Below, in pieces: positions 44,401-46,752 of a stretch of 46,752 bases of DNA. Position numbers and translations under genes: made by a program. Source of the DNA: Octopus bimaculoides (lineage: Eukaryota); the NCBI RefSeq assembly GCF_001194135.2, contig NC_068984.1, forward strand, positions 48,977,506 through 49,024,257. The letters run 5' to 3'. Each line of letters starts with the position of its first letter. Position 1 is the stretch's first letter. The notes under the pieces are model-generated. The model was not told the origin of the DNA, ran no database searches, and saw only the letters and a program-made list of their open reading frames with translations.

Positions 44401-46019
44401 AGTAAATCCGAAGAACTTTACCATACTTTCCTTCTAGCCAGTTTCATTTTGAAGGGTTGGGAAATGACATGTATTAGTTATAATGTAAAGTGTTAGGCTG
44501 TTAATTATTGTACTCGTAGAATATTTGTTGAGGTTAAAAATCAGATGTGAAACCGGTATGGGAGAGAAGGATTGGTTGTTACGTCAGAACAATGAATTCC
44601 TATAAATTATGGAACTTTGGGTGATACAGCTATATCAGTTCTGCATGTGCGCCATTATGCATATGATAGTTAATTGTAACAATTGTCTTCACTTTCCATG
44701 GTCGTACGATGTGCTATTCTTAGTATATCAAGCTGATGGCACTTTTGGTTTCTTACTACCTTTGCGAATGGTGCCCTTCCGAATACTGATGTGATGTAGA
44801 CTAAAAGCTACTACCGTCTTGCGTCTTGAATTGAATCTAAACCTTTAATTTTTTTCCCTTCTGCCTTTCTGGGATTTTGAAAGCTTACACCAGAAGTGTA
44901 TCAGAACCACAAGCCTACATATATATGATGAAGTCGGGAATTAAATGTTAACGAAAAATGTGAAAATGGCATTTTGCTCAGCTATTGATTTGTAACTTTT
45001 ACAACTTTCACATTCATGTTCCCAATTCAATGCAACACAGAACCATGATAACTGGCATTGTGTAGAGACATTGTTCTTTCTGACCACTTATAGATAGACA
45101 ACATATTCAGGAGCTTTGAAAACACGTCGTGTTTTGAATCAGGATTATGTTTGATGATGGTGGTGTTTTTGGTGGAATTTTTATGGCCATTGGTGATACC
45201 TCAAGTATTCATGCCAGTGGTAATTGTGATGATACTGATGTTGTTATTGATAGTTTTAATGGGAGATGTTTTGATAGCGTTATGCGACGGTCTTTTTGTT
45301 AAAGTTATAGATATCTCACGCAGAGATGATATTGATTTCGAATAGTGCTGCTACTTATCGCCCCACTAAGTAATAAATTTCAGCGGGATTTGAACTCAAA
45401 ATATATAACTCACTCATTATCGCCAAATATTGTGTTCAGAATTGTACAAACATTTTCGACTGCAAAATAATATATTTCTACGATAAGCAATTAATAATGG
45501 ATGAAAAGAGGGATCTATATAATCCATCCTACCATTTTAGAGCTTTTTATTTTATTGAATTTCAAACGATAAAAAGCATAATCGATTCCGACGGGATTAT
45601 AACAGAAACCTAAAGGGATGATATCCAAAATCACATATTTAAAACTTTTTGTGCTTTAATATTTCTGCTATCCAACGCGTTTATCCTAATAATACTGATA
45701 ATAGAATTTACGTGTTTTTGTTTAGCATAGTTTAATAGAAACAAGCAATGAAGCGAGCAATGGAATTTTGTTTTCTAAATTTTAAGAGTAATTTATTAGT
45801 ATTCATTCAATTACCAGCCATTAACCTTAATTTCTTATATTATGTCTCTTCTAAACACCGCTGCATATACAAACACAACAATAAACGTGTATAACGTTTT
45901 GCCCTTAGCTTCACGTTAATAAAAGGAAAAGAGGTCTAAACAAATTAGTGTTTCAGATTTATAAAAAATTTACTCATTTCCAATAACACAACAGATATCA
46001 CACAATGTAAATTAAACAA

Positions 46020-46107
46020 ATATCTCTCTTCCCATTCCCCTTCTCTCTCTTTCTTTCTCTGTCTGTCTATGTCTGTCTGTCTCTCTGTCTCTCTCTGTCT
46101 CTCTATC

Positions 46108-46186
<79 letters not shown>
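46020..46186. repeat. (CT)n/(CTGT)n then (AT)n microsatellite
   Basis: Directly visible. Confidence 0.95.
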
Positions 46187-46190
<4 letters not shown>

Positions 46191-46752
46191 GGAGAATTCA
46201 CAGAAAAAACAAAAAAACGAAGACAGGTGGTGTGGACAACAAATAGATGTATTAGTTTAACACTCGGGAAGTGGAAAAATTTGTAACAGTTCCAGCCTAC
46301 GCTCTTCCACAGAAAGGAACACAGAAACAGGGGGAGAAAATAAAGAATGTGTAGTGGCTAATGATCTATCATGGCGAGTGCCGGACAGAGAGGTCACACA
46401 GGAGAGCTCGGAAGAAAGGAGAATAATAAAGTAGTGTTGACCCAAAACTACGGTGTGCGTGCGTGTGTGTAAGCGAGCATGTATGTGCATGTGGAAGAGG
46501 GCTGGTGACATTGACGTGTGCGTGTGTGTATGTGTAGATGTGTGTATGTGTAGGTGGGAAGTGTTCAGCGCTTGTGTGTGAGTGGTGATGTGATGTGATG
46601 TGGTGTTGTTTGGTATGGTCGTGAATGGGGTAGGGTGTGTGGTGTGATGGTGTTGGGATTTGGGGGAGCCGAGAGTGGTAAAAGCAAGGGTGAGGTGTAG
46701 ATTAGGCTGAAGGTGGGGTATGTCGGTAGGCTGAGGGTGATGGTAGAGGTTG
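46187..46752 (-). mobile_element. Penelope-like element 3' region or pLTR, running off the window end
   Basis: Minus strand shows a CA-rich low-complexity UTR, then gaagagcgtaggctggaac (degenerate hammerhead core), then ttcccgagtgttaaactaatacatc..ccacctgtcttcg..gaattctccctgtatata ending in (TA)n. Matches a tail I recall as abundant in octopus; no ORF is visible in this window. Confidence 0.55.

Overview
AT-rich eukaryotic (animal) genomic DNA from a gapped draft assembly, with eight N runs: 924-1314, 8724-8957, 9698-10368, 16025-16269, 18004-18211, 25555-26032, 32798-32807, 41045-41449. The SINE families, Penelope-type tails and very long AT/CA/AAT/AAG microsatellites resemble what I recall from octopus genomes; this is an inference from memory, not a database search. 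No host protein-coding gene can be called with confidence, so the window looks intronic or intergenic, with three low-confidence exon candidates on conflicting strands. It is dominated by transposable-element remains: four Tc1/mariner copies (one young, TIR- and TA-flanked DD34D mariner with an open catalytic ORF; two decayed mariners; one DD37D maT remnant), three Tx1/L1-like LINE pieces, one 5'-intact but internally deleted RTE LINE, four or five R4/Dong-like REL-endonuclease retrotransposon fragments, about 17 copies of one tRNA-derived SINE plus three other SINE types, Penelope relics with degenerate hammerhead-like motifs, and a head-to-tail ~0.65-0.75 kb tandem repeat ending in a hairpin. 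The most system-like signal is a shared AAT/ATT microsatellite niche: Dong-like elements stack in (TAA)n tracts, SINE-A copies begin and end in (ATT)n on the opposite strand, and at 36.1-37.2 kb a Dong sits antisense in the tract that forms a SINE tail. All coordinates for decayed elements are approximate and all translations were done by eye.
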